From Candidatus Omnitrophota bacterium (GTDB lineage: Bacteria; Omnitrophota; Gorgyraeia; Zapsychrales; JANLHA01): a DNA stretch of 64,000 nucleotides. The notes below the pieces were generated by a model that saw nothing but the letters and a program-made list of their open reading frames with translations, searched no databases and was not told the origin of the DNA. Within the stretch, counting starts at the first letter, position 1, and every line of letters begins with the position of its first letter. Below are positions 48,066 through 59,700 of this stretch, piece by piece. The translations under genes and the position numbers were made by a program. The stretch is taken from positions 387,864 to 451,863 of the forward strand of contig JAKLFA010000002.1 of the NCBI GenBank assembly GCA_022711395.1. Direction: 5' to 3'.

Positions 48066-51000
48066 TCAGCTTTTGAACGGATCAAGCTTTTGGGCCGGGC
48101 CCATGGCACCGGCTGACTGCTGAGCTCCGCCGGCATCCGTTTCAGTGGCATCCATGCCCAGAAACGCCGGTATGCCCTGAACGGGAAGGATATTGATGAT
48201 CACCGGATAAAACCCGTCGATCTTCATATCATTAATCGGCTGCTGCGGCAAAGGCAAGGGGACGCCTTCTCCGTCACGCTTGATCTGAAGGTTCAGCGCA
48301 GCCGTGTTCAAATCGATACCACCGACCTTATCCGCCCCCGGCAGCACCGCGGCGTTGGTCTGGGTGGCGGCATTTTCAAAAACCGTCCTGACCGTTGCGG
48401 CAACCCGCTGAGGAGAAATAAGACTGCGGACAACCACCGTTCCGCCGTCGACCTGCTGCTCCGAAAAAGAAACCGTTCCCAGCAAGCCCTCCGCCAACTG
48501 GCCTTTGAGAGCCACCGGCAATGACCCCAGGACTTCCGAAGTCTCGATCCGGACTTCAACCTGCTGATGAAGCGCTTCACGGTATTGCTGTTCAGCCTGA
48601 CGTCTACGTTCCCCGAACCGGTCAGGATGGACCGTCCACTCTTCAGGATTCCGCGATCTGATCACGACCTTCTGATCAAAGTTTGAGACCATCCAGGCTG
48701 TTAAGTCCTGCGCGGAAAGGTCCAGAACCGCCGCGTTCGTTGCCGCAGGTGGAATGGATGCCGCGATCTCCGCTTCAACAAGAGAGCTAACAGCGCTGCT
48801 TTCCACTGTGTATGTATCCCCATTGACCTGGCCGACAAAGGTGACCGCCTCGACCAAACGCTGGATCAAATCCGTTTTTTGCTCAGATGACAACCCAAGA
48901 TCCTCTGCGGACATGATCTGCGCTTCAAGCTGGCTCTGGACTCCCTGTTTGAAACCCGCAAGGGCCCGTTCAACCGTTTCTTCGAACGCCGAAGCCGGCT
49001 CGCGCCACTGCGTAGGATCGGCCGAAGTCAGAACGGTCTTTTTGTCAAACGTCGCCACGACCCAGTCTCTCAATGCAGACGCGGCGGGGGTCAAAACCGC
49101 GGCATTGGTCGATGAAGACCCCGACGGAAGGATGCTGACCCATTCAGCCCCCAACTCCACTTTGGCTTTGTCTTCCAGCTGTTCCTGGGTCACGCCGGTC
49201 ATCAAAAGCACGATCCTTTTAAGCTGATCGTATTTCTCCTGCATGACCTGCTGCGAATCCGAAAATTTCCCGAACGCCTCCGCGTAGGCCTTGACCGCCG
49301 GCTCGGTTCCGGACGGGCGCAACAGGATCCAGCCGGTGTTTAAAACAAGCTTAACACCGTCTTTGGTAATGACATCGATGACCCAGTCACGGATCCCGGC
49401 GTCCTGCAAAAGCTGGTTCATTTCCTTGACGATCGAAAGCTCATCCCTGGTTTTTCCCATGGCGAGCTCCTCTTTGGTCTGGGCGATCTTTTTGTTGGTT
49501 TCAAGCTTTACAGCATCATTCTTGCCCCGCAATGTGAGCGTGCTGATCTGAAACCGCATATTAAGCGCTTCAAGGACTTTTTCCTTATATTGCTGCAATG
49601 ACATCCCGGTGCGGGTCACGATCCACAGTCCCATCAACCCGATGACCAGCCCGTCATCCCAGGACTTCATGAACGGGCCGACGCCGACGTGAGCACTCTC
49701 CTCGCCGGCGATCAAATACTGACGGCCCTGGCTGACGATCTTCTCAACAAACCATTTAAAACCGACCGCCTCTTCATCCACCGCTCCGGCGCCGAGGAAT
49801 TCAGCGATCGCATTGACCATGTTGCTGGTGGCGACGGTCTTTCCGATCTGGCCTTTAAGGCCGATGTCCTTGGCCAGAAAATAGGCGATCAATGCCATCA
49901 TGTCATTGGCACCGATGAACGCGCTGTCAAAATCAATGTTCCCGAAACGGTCCGCATCCCCGTCCTGCATCAGACCAAACGCCTTTCCTTGAAATCCGGA
50001 GACCAGCTTCCGGATCGTCTTATGGCTCCCGGGCGCTTCCGGGCGCGGCTGGCCGTCAACTTCCGTGAACCTCGCGTCCATGTTATTCGTATGGATCATC
50101 GTGAAAAACGGGCGTCCCGCGTCTTTGGCCAGTTCCTGAAACAATGCGCGAGCGTATTTCACCATCGTCCCCTGCATGGGGTCCTCATAGACATGAAAAT
50201 CCGGATTCGCTTTAATATAAGCAACGATATCCGCCCAGGCCCCGATCTTCTTCAGACCCGGGACCAGATACTCATGGACATAAATACGGACCGCTTCTTC
50301 TGCGGTCATCTCCACGATCAGCCCTCTCTTCTTGGCCGCTTCATAATCCATCACCGGGATCTCTTCGACGCTGTTGGCGGTCTTCTCAAGCTCGGTGGTC
50401 ACCGCTTTGGGGGCCGCCCCGCCGTGCGAGGGGGAATATTTGAACCCGTCATCTTCATAAGGGTTATGGCTGGCGGTCAGATTAACGACACCGCCGATCA
50501 TTTCATCGCTCTGAGCGATCACCGCCAGAACCGGCGTCGGAGTCGGCTCATTGATGATGATCGTTCTCACTCCCTGGGCCGCGTTGATCGATGCGATCAG
50601 CTTCGCCGAGGCATTGTTGCCTTCCCTGGGGTCATAACCAACCAGCATGGCCTTGCCGGGCTCTGCCTTCGCAGTGTATTTTGCGGCCGCGTAAGCGTCA
50701 CGCGGAACATTGATCTGATGAAAACCGGATGTGATCTTGCCGCGGTTGCCGCTCGTGCCGAAGACGATCGGCTGTTCTTGACCCGTGACAGGATCGGTCA
50801 AGACCGGCACTGAAATTTTTGTAATGATCGCGGAATTGACCGCGGGCGTATTCGCCGTTGCATCATCCACGTTCTCAAGAAGCTGCACAGGGACCTTATA
50901 CGTCGTTCCCTGTTCTTTAAGGCTTTCACGCAGGACCGCCGCGTTAGTCGCCGGCCGGCCGTCTGTTCCGTCCTTGATCACTTCGACCTTCACGCCCAGG

Positions 51001-52088
51001 GCCTGTTCACCCGCGAACGCCTTAAACAAACCACTGGCCGATGTCCCGCCTGAAAAATACCGCCTCGGGATCATCTCTCCGCTTGTCTCATCAATTTCTT
51101 CTTTAATATAGTCATAAGCGCCTTTTTTAAAGGCCTCCACATATTGTTCATAGATCCTTTGATTGACTGCCGGGTCTTTCAGGTCGATCCCCTTGACCTT
51201 GGCCTGGTCCACATACACCTGCGACAAAAGGGTCTGACGCAAATTCGCCTTATACCAGGCGGCCAGGATCATGGAATTGTAGACCTGGCGCAAATTCGCG
51301 AAATGTTTTCCCTCATTGACCTCCCGTTCGATCTCCGGGATCAGGACCTCTTTTAAGGCCTGGGTAAAGGCCTCGCCCTGCCCTTCCATGCCCGGGGCGG
51401 AGCCAACACTGGAAGAAGAACCTTCGCCCAGCGTCTTTTGAAGCGCCAAATAGTCCTCCTCAAGCATGACTTTCAAATGGCTTTTGACCACATAGACCGT
51501 TCCCTTATGTTCATAAACAACCGCCTCATCCGGAACGATCCAGACCTTGTGAAATGAATTGAGCGGAATCTCTGCGGCGCCGGCCTTTGCTTCGACCTTG
51601 CTGTAAATGTTCTTCCAAAAATCCTGACCCAATTCCTGCTCAGGATACATGAACGAAGCCGTCAGCTGTTTGAGGATATAATCCTGCGCCAGCAGGTCAC
51701 GGCCCATTTCCGTGGAACCAAGATCCCCCGGGATCATGCGGTCTTTTTCATGAGGGGACAAATTGACCCACAGGTCCTCTTCCGGAACGGTCAGCGAAAC
51801 TAGAAAATATTTGATCAGTTTTTGAGCCTCCGCCTTTAAGGCATCCCCTTCCATCCCCGTGTGGCCGCTGTCGATAATGAAATCAAACCCCAGCGGATTG
51901 ACCGGGTCCGGCGTCATGCCCTTGATCATGACCGGGACAAAACCGCTCGTTACCGAGAGCATCTCACCCGGCAATGACGGCATGATCTGCGCTCGGGCGA
52001 TATCCGGCGGACAGATAAAGCTGAACGTGAAGACCACAACGAGGACGGCAGATACAAAACGACGCAGGTGTTTTTGAGTCAAAACCAT
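48066..52088 (-). CDS. giant secreted multidomain protein containing a complete alpha-D-phosphohexomutase domain and tandem 'TNAAVL' domains
   Basis: 1340 aa. Signal peptide. Internal GTSGNRG (GTSGLRG-like), TASHNPYEDDGFKY (catalytic Ser loop), DGDADR (Mg loop) and GEESAH (sugar loop). Four segments begin with TNAAVL, and two of them are approximately 125-aa homologous C-terminal domains. Confidence 0.6.
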   Translation of the reverse strand: MVLTQKHLRRFVSAVLVVVFTFSFICPPDIARAQIMPSLPGEMLSVTSGFVPVMIKGMTPDPVNPLGFDFIIDSGHTGMEGDALKAEAQKLIKYFLVSLTVPEEDLWVNLSPHEKDRMIPGDLGSTEMGRDLLAQDYILKQLTASFMYPEQELGQDFWKNIYSKVEAKAGAAEIPLNSFHKVWIVPDEAVVYEHKGTVYVVKSHLKVMLEEDYLALQKTLGEGSSSSVGSAPGMEGQGEAFTQALKEVLIPEIEREVNEGKHFANLRQVYNSMILAAWYKANLRQTLLSQVYVDQAKVKGIDLKDPAVNQRIYEQYVEAFKKGAYDYIKEEIDETSGEMIPRRYFSGGTSASGLFKAFAGEQALGVKVEVIKDGTDGRPATNAAVLRESLKEQGTTYKVPVQLLENVDDATANTPAVNSAIITKISVPVLTDPVTGQEQPIVFGTSGNRGKITSGFHQINVPRDAYAAAKYTAKAEPGKAMLVGYDPREGNNASAKLIASINAAQGVRTIIINEPTPTPVLAVIAQSDEMIGGVVNLTASHNPYEDDGFKYSPSHGGAAPKAVTTELEKTANSVEEIPVMDYEAAKKRGLIVEMTAEEAVRIYVHEYLVPGLKKIGAWADIVAYIKANPDFHVYEDPMQGTMVKYARALFQELAKDAGRPFFTMIHTNNMDARFTEVDGQPRPEAPGSHKTIRKLVSGFQGKAFGLMQDGDADRFGNIDFDSAFIGANDMMALIAYFLAKDIGLKGQIGKTVATSNMVNAIAEFLGAGAVDEEAVGFKWFVEKIVSQGRQYLIAGEESAHVGVGPFMKSWDDGLVIGLMGLWIVTRTGMSLQQYKEKVLEALNMRFQISTLTLRGKNDAVKLETNKKIAQTKEELAMGKTRDELSIVKEMNQLLQDAGIRDWVIDVITKDGVKLVLNTGWILLRPSGTEPAVKAYAEAFGKFSDSQQVMQEKYDQLKRIVLLMTGVTQEQLEDKAKVELGAEWVSILPSGSSSTNAAVLTPAASALRDWVVATFDKKTVLTSADPTQWREPASAFEETVERALAGFKQGVQSQLEAQIMSAEDLGLSSEQKTDLIQRLVEAVTFVGQVNGDTYTVESSAVSSLVEAEIAASIPPAATNAAVLDLSAQDLTAWMVSNFDQKVVIRSRNPEEWTVHPDRFGERRRQAEQQYREALHQQVEVRIETSEVLGSLPVALKGQLAEGLLGTVSFSEQQVDGGTVVVRSLISPQRVAATVRTVFENAATQTNAAVLPGADKVGGIDLNTAALNLQIKRDGEGVPLPLPQQPINDMKIDGFYPVIINILPVQGIPAFLGMDATETDAGGAQQSAGAMGPAQKLDPFKS

Positions 52089-52327
52089 AGACCGGCTCCT
52101 TTTGAAACCATTTTTGGATGTTCAATCAATTATAAGGGGCGAGTTTTAACAGCTACAAATAAGACGGCACAAATACGACTTTTTAAAACGCCATGTGATA
52201 GGATTGTATAAGTATATATTATATAAGCCCGTTTTTGCAAATTTTTTAAATAAATTAGTTACCCTTGTGGTGTATGTATGCAACGCATTCAAAACCGCTT
52301 CGGGGTCCCTCTCAGCCACCTTTAACA

Positions 52328-52385
52328 GAATTCCGGAATTCCGGGAATTCCGGGAATTCCGTGTCCCCGGAATTCGGAATTCTCT
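52328..52385. repeat. array of GGAATTCC(G/C)-type units (left, inverted copy)
   Basis: gaattccggaattccgggaattccgggaattccgtgtccccggaattcggaattc. Contains cgtgtccccggaattc, the reverse complement of the unit at 53224-53311. Confidence 0.65.
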
Positions 52386-52465
52386 TGTCAACAGGGGAAC
52401 AGTTACTTTTTATGGGAATGAGATGGGATTAAAAAATTTAAACGCCTGGAGAAGGGCAACATTTT

Positions 52466-52741
52466 TTATTCAATATTGGACGAAATCAACCTTCCTCGCT
52501 TATCAAAATTAAACCGAAAAGTCTTGTCATCCTGGCGGTTGCGATAGACCCAGGATTCCCCGGAATCCGCTTCCACAATTTCATCCGGTTTTCCCCAATC
52601 AAATTTAACACGGGTTTGTGACGCTCCGGAGACCATGTATTGGCTGGTTTTCTGATAATCCGAAAACATCCGGCCTCCACCTGGAATAAGCCCGCAACTC
52701 ACTAGACAAAAACAACAAAAAATTAGTAACAGAATACGCAT
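52466..52741 (-). CDS. small lipoprotein (candidate orphan immunity protein)
   Basis: 91 aa. Lipobox LVSC. Low-GC gene. Confidence 0.5.
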   Translation of the reverse strand: MRILLLIFCCFCLVSCGLIPGGGRMFSDYQKTSQYMVSGASQTRVKFDWGKPDEIVEADSGESWVYRNRQDDKTFRFNFDKRGRLISSNIE

Positions 52742-52810
52742 ATCAAACCTCCCCGGCTAATGTATGGAACACTCTCAAACAAAACTTTCTCGATAACAAC
52801 TCCAGAAAAC

Positions 52811-53161
52811 CTAAAAAACATTTACTGCTTGAACGACTCCATCCTGAATATAGAACCAAACAGCTTTGGCAGGTTCTGAATGGAATTCTTTGTAAACGCC
52901 TTTAGAAAAATTATAATACCAGGACTCTTCATACTGTTCGCCATGAATCCAAGCATCAGGATCAATTGATCGTGGCTCTCCGAGATTAACCAATAAATGA
53001 TTTTTCGACTTCCCAACATATTCTTTCTCATAGGAATTACGGGCATCTTCAATCGCATTCAACCAATCCTGTTGATTCTGCATGTGATGCGACAAAACCC
53101 CGCACCCCGTCAAAACAAAACTGAAAAGCACCAAATAAAGCATTAAGACACATATTTTCAT
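52811..53161 (-). CDS. small lipoprotein (candidate orphan immunity protein, paralog)
   Basis: 116 aa. Lipobox LTGC. Shares a LGxP...E.WYY...GV core with its neighbours. Low GC. Confidence 0.5.
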   Translation of the reverse strand: MKICVLMLYLVLFSFVLTGCGVLSHHMQNQQDWLNAIEDARNSYEKEYVGKSKNHLLVNLGEPRSIDPDAWIHGEQYEESWYYNFSKGVYKEFHSEPAKAVWFYIQDGVVQAVNVF

Positions 53162-53223
53162 TGAGCACCCTTGTCAAAATGGATATCTATGGCTTTTTAT
53201 CCCTAAGGGGAGAGAATTCCGGG

Positions 53224-53311
53224 GACACGTACCTAATTCCTTCAATTCCGGGCGAATTCCGGGGACACGTACCTAATTCCTTCAATTCCGGGGGAATTCC
53301 GCTAATAGACA
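53224..53311. repeat. 2.2 tandem copies of a 40-bp unit gaattccggggacacgtacctaattccttcaattccggg (right copy)
   Basis: Direct tandem repeat. In inverted orientation relative to the array at 52328-52385. Confidence 0.65.
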
Positions 53312-53350
53312 AATTAAATTTTCTAATACGGCCAGAATGATCTTTATAAA

Positions 53351-53725
53351 CTATAGAAACAAAACATCTTCAATTACGCCCTGGTTAAGATAAAAAACAT
53401 ACGCCCAAGAATTTTGGTTTAGCAATGGAATCCCTCTGGAATTGTAATAATACCATTCTTCTTCATAAAGCTTCCCGCCACGATAAACATTTTTTTTGAT
53501 CTCCGTTGGCTGGCCCAAATCCCGCAATAGCGCCGCGGAATCTTTGCCTATATAGCCTCTCAACAATTCATCGACTTTCTGTCTGGCCTCTGCATCACGC
53601 GTGCCGTCATGCGAATCTCGTAAAAGCGCCGCGCGCAAAAAATTTTGTTCAGCAGCACAACCCCACACAAAAACCAGGATCATAAAAATTAATAATTCGA
53701 TTTTTCTGTTCTGAGAATCCAACAT
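53351..53725 (-). CDS. small lipoprotein immediately downstream of the RHS toxin gene (candidate cognate immunity protein)
   Basis: 124 aa. Signal and lipobox (VWGC). GQPTEI...EEEWYYYN...GVIEDV core shared with the two downstream paralogs. Confidence 0.5.
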   Translation of the reverse strand: MLDSQNRKIELLIFMILVFVWGCAAEQNFLRAALLRDSHDGTRDAEARQKVDELLRGYIGKDSAALLRDLGQPTEIKKNVYRGGKLYEEEWYYYNSRGIPLLNQNSWAYVFYLNQGVIEDVLFL

Positions 53726-53731
53726 GCTTCC

Positions 53732-56700
53732 TCAATATGGCCAATAATGATTCTGAATTCCAACCGGAAGAACCGCCGTTCCAACAGCCCCGCCCAAAAA
53801 ATGTTTTGGGTTTAAATTGGGCGCTAAAAACCCTGAAAAATCCCACATCCCAGTCTTATATAAAACATGTCGTGAATTTAGTCCACCAATAGCGCCTGAA
53901 ACAAAAGTCCTGATCTGACTTACTTGCGATGACCCAACCGTTAAACTGCTTAAAACATTCCGCTGATCTCGTAAACCAAGATTCAATGCGACATTGGAAG
54001 CGATAATCCCTCCCTGACTGAAACCCGCCAAGTGTATGCCTTTTAACCCGATCAGACGATTAGAAATTTGGCGTGATACAGAACTCGTGAATGTGAATTT
54101 TCCAAGCCCAGCCTCAATCAAATCCGCAATCGGTCCGGAGGACGGATTATATGCCAAAACTTCTGCGCCATTTCTCCATGCCTGCTCAAGCGCCCCCTCC
54201 AACCGTCCCTGTGTTTCCAAGGGCGTTGTGATTCCATTAATAAAAACATGCTCCCCACTTTGAACGAAATCACCCGTGCTGTCTTTTCGAACAAATCGAA
54301 ACCGATTCTCATACGCCCAATCTTTAATCCCTTTCAGGACATTCGCGCCGGCATACAACCCCGCCGTTCCCATGGCCGCGTAATTGAGCGCCTGCTGGCC
54401 ATCAGACCAGCCGGCCGCGCCGGCCACCTGCCCGCCCAGCGATAGCCCGCCGGAAATCCTCGTCAGCCCCCACCAGTAGCCCTGCTTTTCGATCGACGAA
54501 AACGGCGTTCCCAATGCCGCGCCGGACAGAAACCCCTGCAGCCCTCCCCAGAACGCGCCTTTCCAAGCCGATTGATCATTATTATACGCCATGACCCCGC
54601 CGGAGATCCCGCCGATCAACGCGCCGATGATCGCGGCGATGAACCAGCCGTGCCCGTCCGGGTCTACCAGCACCACTGGATTATTGCGAACATAGGCGTA
54701 ACGATTGAACGCCTGCGGATCGCCCGCGCTGGGCACCACGGTATCCGCGGAAATAAACCGCCCCAAATCGGGATCATAATATCTGGATTTATAATAATAT
54801 AACCCCGTTTCATCATCAAGCCTTTGTCCAGTAAAATACGCGCTGCCATTTTCGGCCCTGCCGAACCGCTCATGGCGGCTGAAACTCCCGAATGGCTGAT
54901 ATTCGATCAGCTCACTGACCGAACCCGCATGATCAGTGACAAGATTCGCCGAACCCAAATGGTCCGGATGGATGAACGCGACCTCCCCGTTTTTCACAGA
55001 CGCGATCCTGCGCTCACCGGCAAAAATGTGCTTTGTCAGATCAACATTCGTTTTTTCAAAAAGCTGCCCGACAAAGTGCGTGACCAGGTCCTGTTCTCCG
55101 CCGTTGCCTTCCAGAAGCTCAGGAAACGACATGGTCGAAACCCCGCCGCCGGATAACGCCCCATAGACGATCTTTTTGACCCGCCCGCCATCCCCGTCAT
55201 AAGCGAAACGCACCTCTTGCTCTCCATTACGGAAAACCTGCCTGAGCCTTCCTTCCGCATCAAATTCAAAACTGCTGACCACGCCGGAACGTTCTTTGCG
55301 GATCATATTGCCGTTGGCATCATACTGGAAAACCGTTCCATTCCCCAGCGACGTCACGGCATGCGGGCCTGCCGCTGCGCCGCCAACACGCGAGCCGCTT
55401 TCCGCATACCGATACGATACGCCGCCCTTTTCAAGAATATTGCCGACCCGGTCATAACCATATGTCTGCGTCCCATAAGTCGCGTCATGGCTGGCCAGAA
55501 CCAAACGGTTGAGATGGTCATATTCAAAATACTGCGTGGCGTGCCTCACCCCATCACGGATCACGACCATGTTTCCCACAGCGTCATACTCATAAAACAG
55601 ATCCTGAAGAACTTTACCGTCCGCATCCGCCGTAATGACCCGCGTAAGGCGAAAGTTCAAGGGATCATATTCATAGATCGTGCTCACTCCATTTCCATAA
55701 AGAATTCTTTCGATCTGGCCCAGGGCCGTGTATTGAATGTCAGAAATATACACCTTGGGCTCTTCCATCCTCATGCCGGCGACAACTTGGATTTCGATCA
55801 TCTTTGAAACTGCCTCATCAGGATCTTTCACTTCCACAGGGATCGTATAATCTCCCTGCTGCACGGCCGTCGGTGACCATGATAAACGTCCTTCAAGACG
55901 GCCTTCTGAGGAGGAGACGATCTTAAAATCACAACCCAGCGGAAGGTCCCCCGCCTCCGGACGCAAAAACTCCAACCGATCTCCATCCTCATCCGTCGCG
56001 ATGACGGAAAGATCCAGCGGCGTTCCGTTGAGAACGGTAGCCCCGGTTATGGCAACCACAGGCTTTTGGTTGGGGGAACGGGTCAAATATTGATAATCAA
56101 AATATTTCCATCCCAAAGACGTGCGCGACCAAAGCCTGACATACAGCGGCCGGCCCGTTCTGGGCACCGATGCTGTCACAGAAGTCGCCAAATCCATGTT
56201 CCGGTTCAAAATATCAGCGCCCCCCTGCTGCGCGCCCAGATAGATCCAATACTGCAAAACACCCTCCCCCTTATCCCACTGAAAACCAGCCTGATCCTGA
56301 GAAATCAATGTGCCCGGGGCCGGTGATATCATCTTCGCCGGAACGATCGTCTGATTCCCTGTGGTTGAGAACGTGTAATCCTTAAATTCCCACCGCCCTT
56401 CCGACAGATAGGACCAAAGCCGAACATGCAACGATGCACCATTGATGGGGACATTAACAGAAACCGTCCTCACTCCATTATTGGGGAAATATTTCACATA
56501 GAGATCAGCGGCCCCGGGGGAGCTACCGATGTAAAGATAATATCCGCTCACTCGGACCCCCGGGCTCCAGGATATCTGCAGCGGAGAAGACGAGACAACC
56601 GATCCCGGAACCGGAGATGAGATTTCCGCTGGGGCCGATGCCGCCCCCAAAGGAATGCTCTGATACTCATAATCCTTATACTTCCATCCTTGATAGGCGA

Positions 56701-59700
56701 TATAGCTCCACAAACGGAAATAAACCGGCCCGCCTTTAAGCTGAACATCCGAAAGGTCCAGCCGGCTCCCATAAAGATACGCCGAATAGATGTCGCTTCC
56801 TCCCCTGGTAGATCCGATATACAAATAATAATGTGAAACATTCAGACCGGGATCCCAACTGATCGACAGAGGCAGCGATGAGATCGTGGAGCCGGGCTGC
56901 GGAGAAATGATCGACGCCTCACGGTAAGTTTCCTGCGCATGTGCCTCTTTGACCCCGAACAGGCATGACGCCATCCTTCCCACCCATCGCCAAAACTCTC
57001 TGGAGGATGACAGCCAGCCGGAGGATGCGGCAGCATCATCAAACAATTCGGGGTCATTGGCCACACCATCCAGTTGGCCAGCCTCGTTAAAATGATAATA
57101 CACCGCCGTGCCATCCGGATAAATCACCCCGATAAGATTCCCCATCGAATCATAGATCCGCTGAATCTGATATGGCTGACCATCGATCGTTTTTTGAGAA
57201 CGGACTTCACGCCCGAATCGATCATACTGAAACTCTGTCCAGTCCCCGTCTCCCATGGGCCCATATTCCACAAGTCCAAGCCGCCCCTGAGAATAAGGCA
57301 GATCCTGCCGGTCGTAGGTGTAAACCACATCGATCTCATCCCCGTCCGTTTTATTCACCAGCCGGTTGAGCGCGTCATAGGCAAAATCCACCCGCCGACC
57401 CTGCGCATCAACCTGCCATTTTAGATTTCCGTTATTGTCATATCCATATTCCCAGCGGCCCATATCCGGGTCGTCCATCACGGTCTTACGGCCAAGCTTG
57501 TCATAGGCGATCACGGTCGAATTATTTTGAGCGTCCCTAACGCTTAAAAGCCGTCCCAGGCCGTCATATTCATATCGCGTTAGCGCGTAAAGCTCATAAT
57601 TTTTCTGAGGATAGCGATGGAACCTCCCATCCGCGCCCGCATAATCCTCAATTCTCACAACACGCCCCAGCGCGTCCGAATAGGAAATTTTTTTATGGCC
57701 ATTCGCGTCAATTTCAGAGACCACAGACTCCGCCTTCCTAGGCAGAAGAGCGTAACCCCAGCTTTGACGGGTTCCATCGAAATTGTACTGCTCAATGGGG
57801 CGGTCACGCTCATCATACTCATAGCGTGCGTGCGCGAACTCCTCATTGATCTGATCAAGAACGCCCAGTTCCGATGAAACATCACGAGGATGAAACTCTT
57901 TTTCAACACGTCCTAACCCATCGCGCGTTTTTTGCCCGGAAAGGATATACCGCCCTGGTTTTCCGCTTTGGGTCTTTGACAAAATAGGCGTCCCCAGTCC
58001 ATCAAAGAACCGCACCGAATCAATGGTCTGGGCCTGACCGGATTGCCGCCGGAGCGAATGAAAAACCGCCGTGTGATCAGACCGAAACTGATACGCGTAG
58101 GCTTCCGTAGGAACGGCAATAGAATCATCAGGCCCTGCCACCTTTAACAGTCGCCCTAAACTGTCATAACTATATCGGACCCGCGCCCCATTCGCGTCCG
58201 TTTCAGCAGCCAGTGACCCAGCGGGCCCCCAGGCGCCGTCATCATTTTCAAAACCATTCTCACCGACCCCGAAGTATTCCTTTTTGGAAAACTGCCCTAG
58301 CGCGTTGATCGCCTTAACGGGAAGCATATGATAACGCCCATCAAATTCCAGCCGGCTGCGGTTTCCCTCCGGATCGGTCTCCGCTACCAGATTTCCATAG
58401 GAATCATAGTCATACTTGACCGTTTGCAACTTGACTGAAATATTGTTCGGATCAAGAATGTTTTTCTGGGTCAACATGCCTCTGGACGGAAGCGCGTTGC
58501 TGTAATTCGCGCCATCATAGAGATATTCCTCCCTCGACTCATATCCAAATCCGCTTTGTCGTTTTTGCCGGGTAAGATTCACGATCCAAACATCATCGGA
58601 ATAATTTCCTGCGACCTGGGTTTCCTGCTGCAGCGAATACTTGGAATTGTCGATCTCATTGCTGTAGCCTTTTAGGTCTTGCGCCCCCATGAACCATCGA
58701 AAGCTCTGATACGCGGTTCCATATTGGGCATTAACCGTGTATGTATTCCATGTCTTTAGTTCGATCCCCTCGATCCCATCGATGCCATAGACCCGATCCC
58801 TTTCCCAAGTGAGGCACGGAAGGCGCACCGGAATTCGCTCATCCGAGAACAGCGGCTTCACTTCCCAGGTGCTCAATTTTTCCCCTACCCGCCGGCCATC
58901 AGGCTGATAAGACGTCTGGCTCGCCGCCCTTCCTCTTAAATAATAATCATCCTGAAGGAAGATCGTTTCCGTGAACCGGCCGGCCGGATCCGTTACACGC
59001 ACCTTCCGAAAACCATAAAACTCACGGTCCTGCGGCTTCCACAAACCGCCCTCATAAGAATATTTCAGCATCAATGCGTGGTCACGGCTGTTGGAGGTCT
59101 CCACGGATGAGACCAGCGGGATCACAAAAGGCAAATACGTGTTGTTATACGCTGTTGACGGAACATATGAAATACGGGTCTTGCCACCGATCGTGTTATC
59201 AACTCCGGTCAAAAGATCTCCGGGAATCCCGTTTGAATACGCGAACTCCTCATTACCGAATAAATTATACGCAACAAAATCCACGATCCCGTCCCCATTG
59301 AAATCCGCGCTTTGAAGCTGCGTGTCCGCGCCGCGCAAGTGGAACAAAAATGGCAGGTCATGAATCTCTTTAGTAAAATCCTCCGCCGTTGAATAACGGA
59401 AATGCGCCGCACCGACGTCCGGATCAAAATACCCCAGATCCGTCATCCCATCACCGTTCACGTCAGCGGCTAGCATTTGCTTCTTAGCGCCAAAATTCAG
59501 GATTTCCGCGGCTTTAATAAATTTCGGCGCGAGCTCTCCCTTATTTAAATATACTTCCCAACGCCCATTCGATGGGTCAAACGAGCCCAGATCAGTCAGC
59601 CCGTCTCCGTTGAAATCCGCCGCAAACGCCGTGGTTCCAGAAACCCCAACCTCAGAAACCACTTCGATCGGCTCAAACAGCATGTTTCTGTTCAAGGCAA

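Noticed and set aside
49689-50813. 374-aa plus-strand ORF inside the giant gene
   Set aside because: Antisense to the phosphohexomutase-containing ORF. No motifs.
52146-52391. 81-aa minus-strand ORF with RNSRNSRNS repeats
   Set aside because: The translation is produced by reading through the GGAATTCC repeat array. It is a repeat artefact, not a gene.
52328-53311. Possible CRISPR array suggested by the short palindromic repeats
   Set aside because: The repeats are contiguous with no unique spacers, lie in two inverted blocks 850 bp apart, and no cas genes are present.
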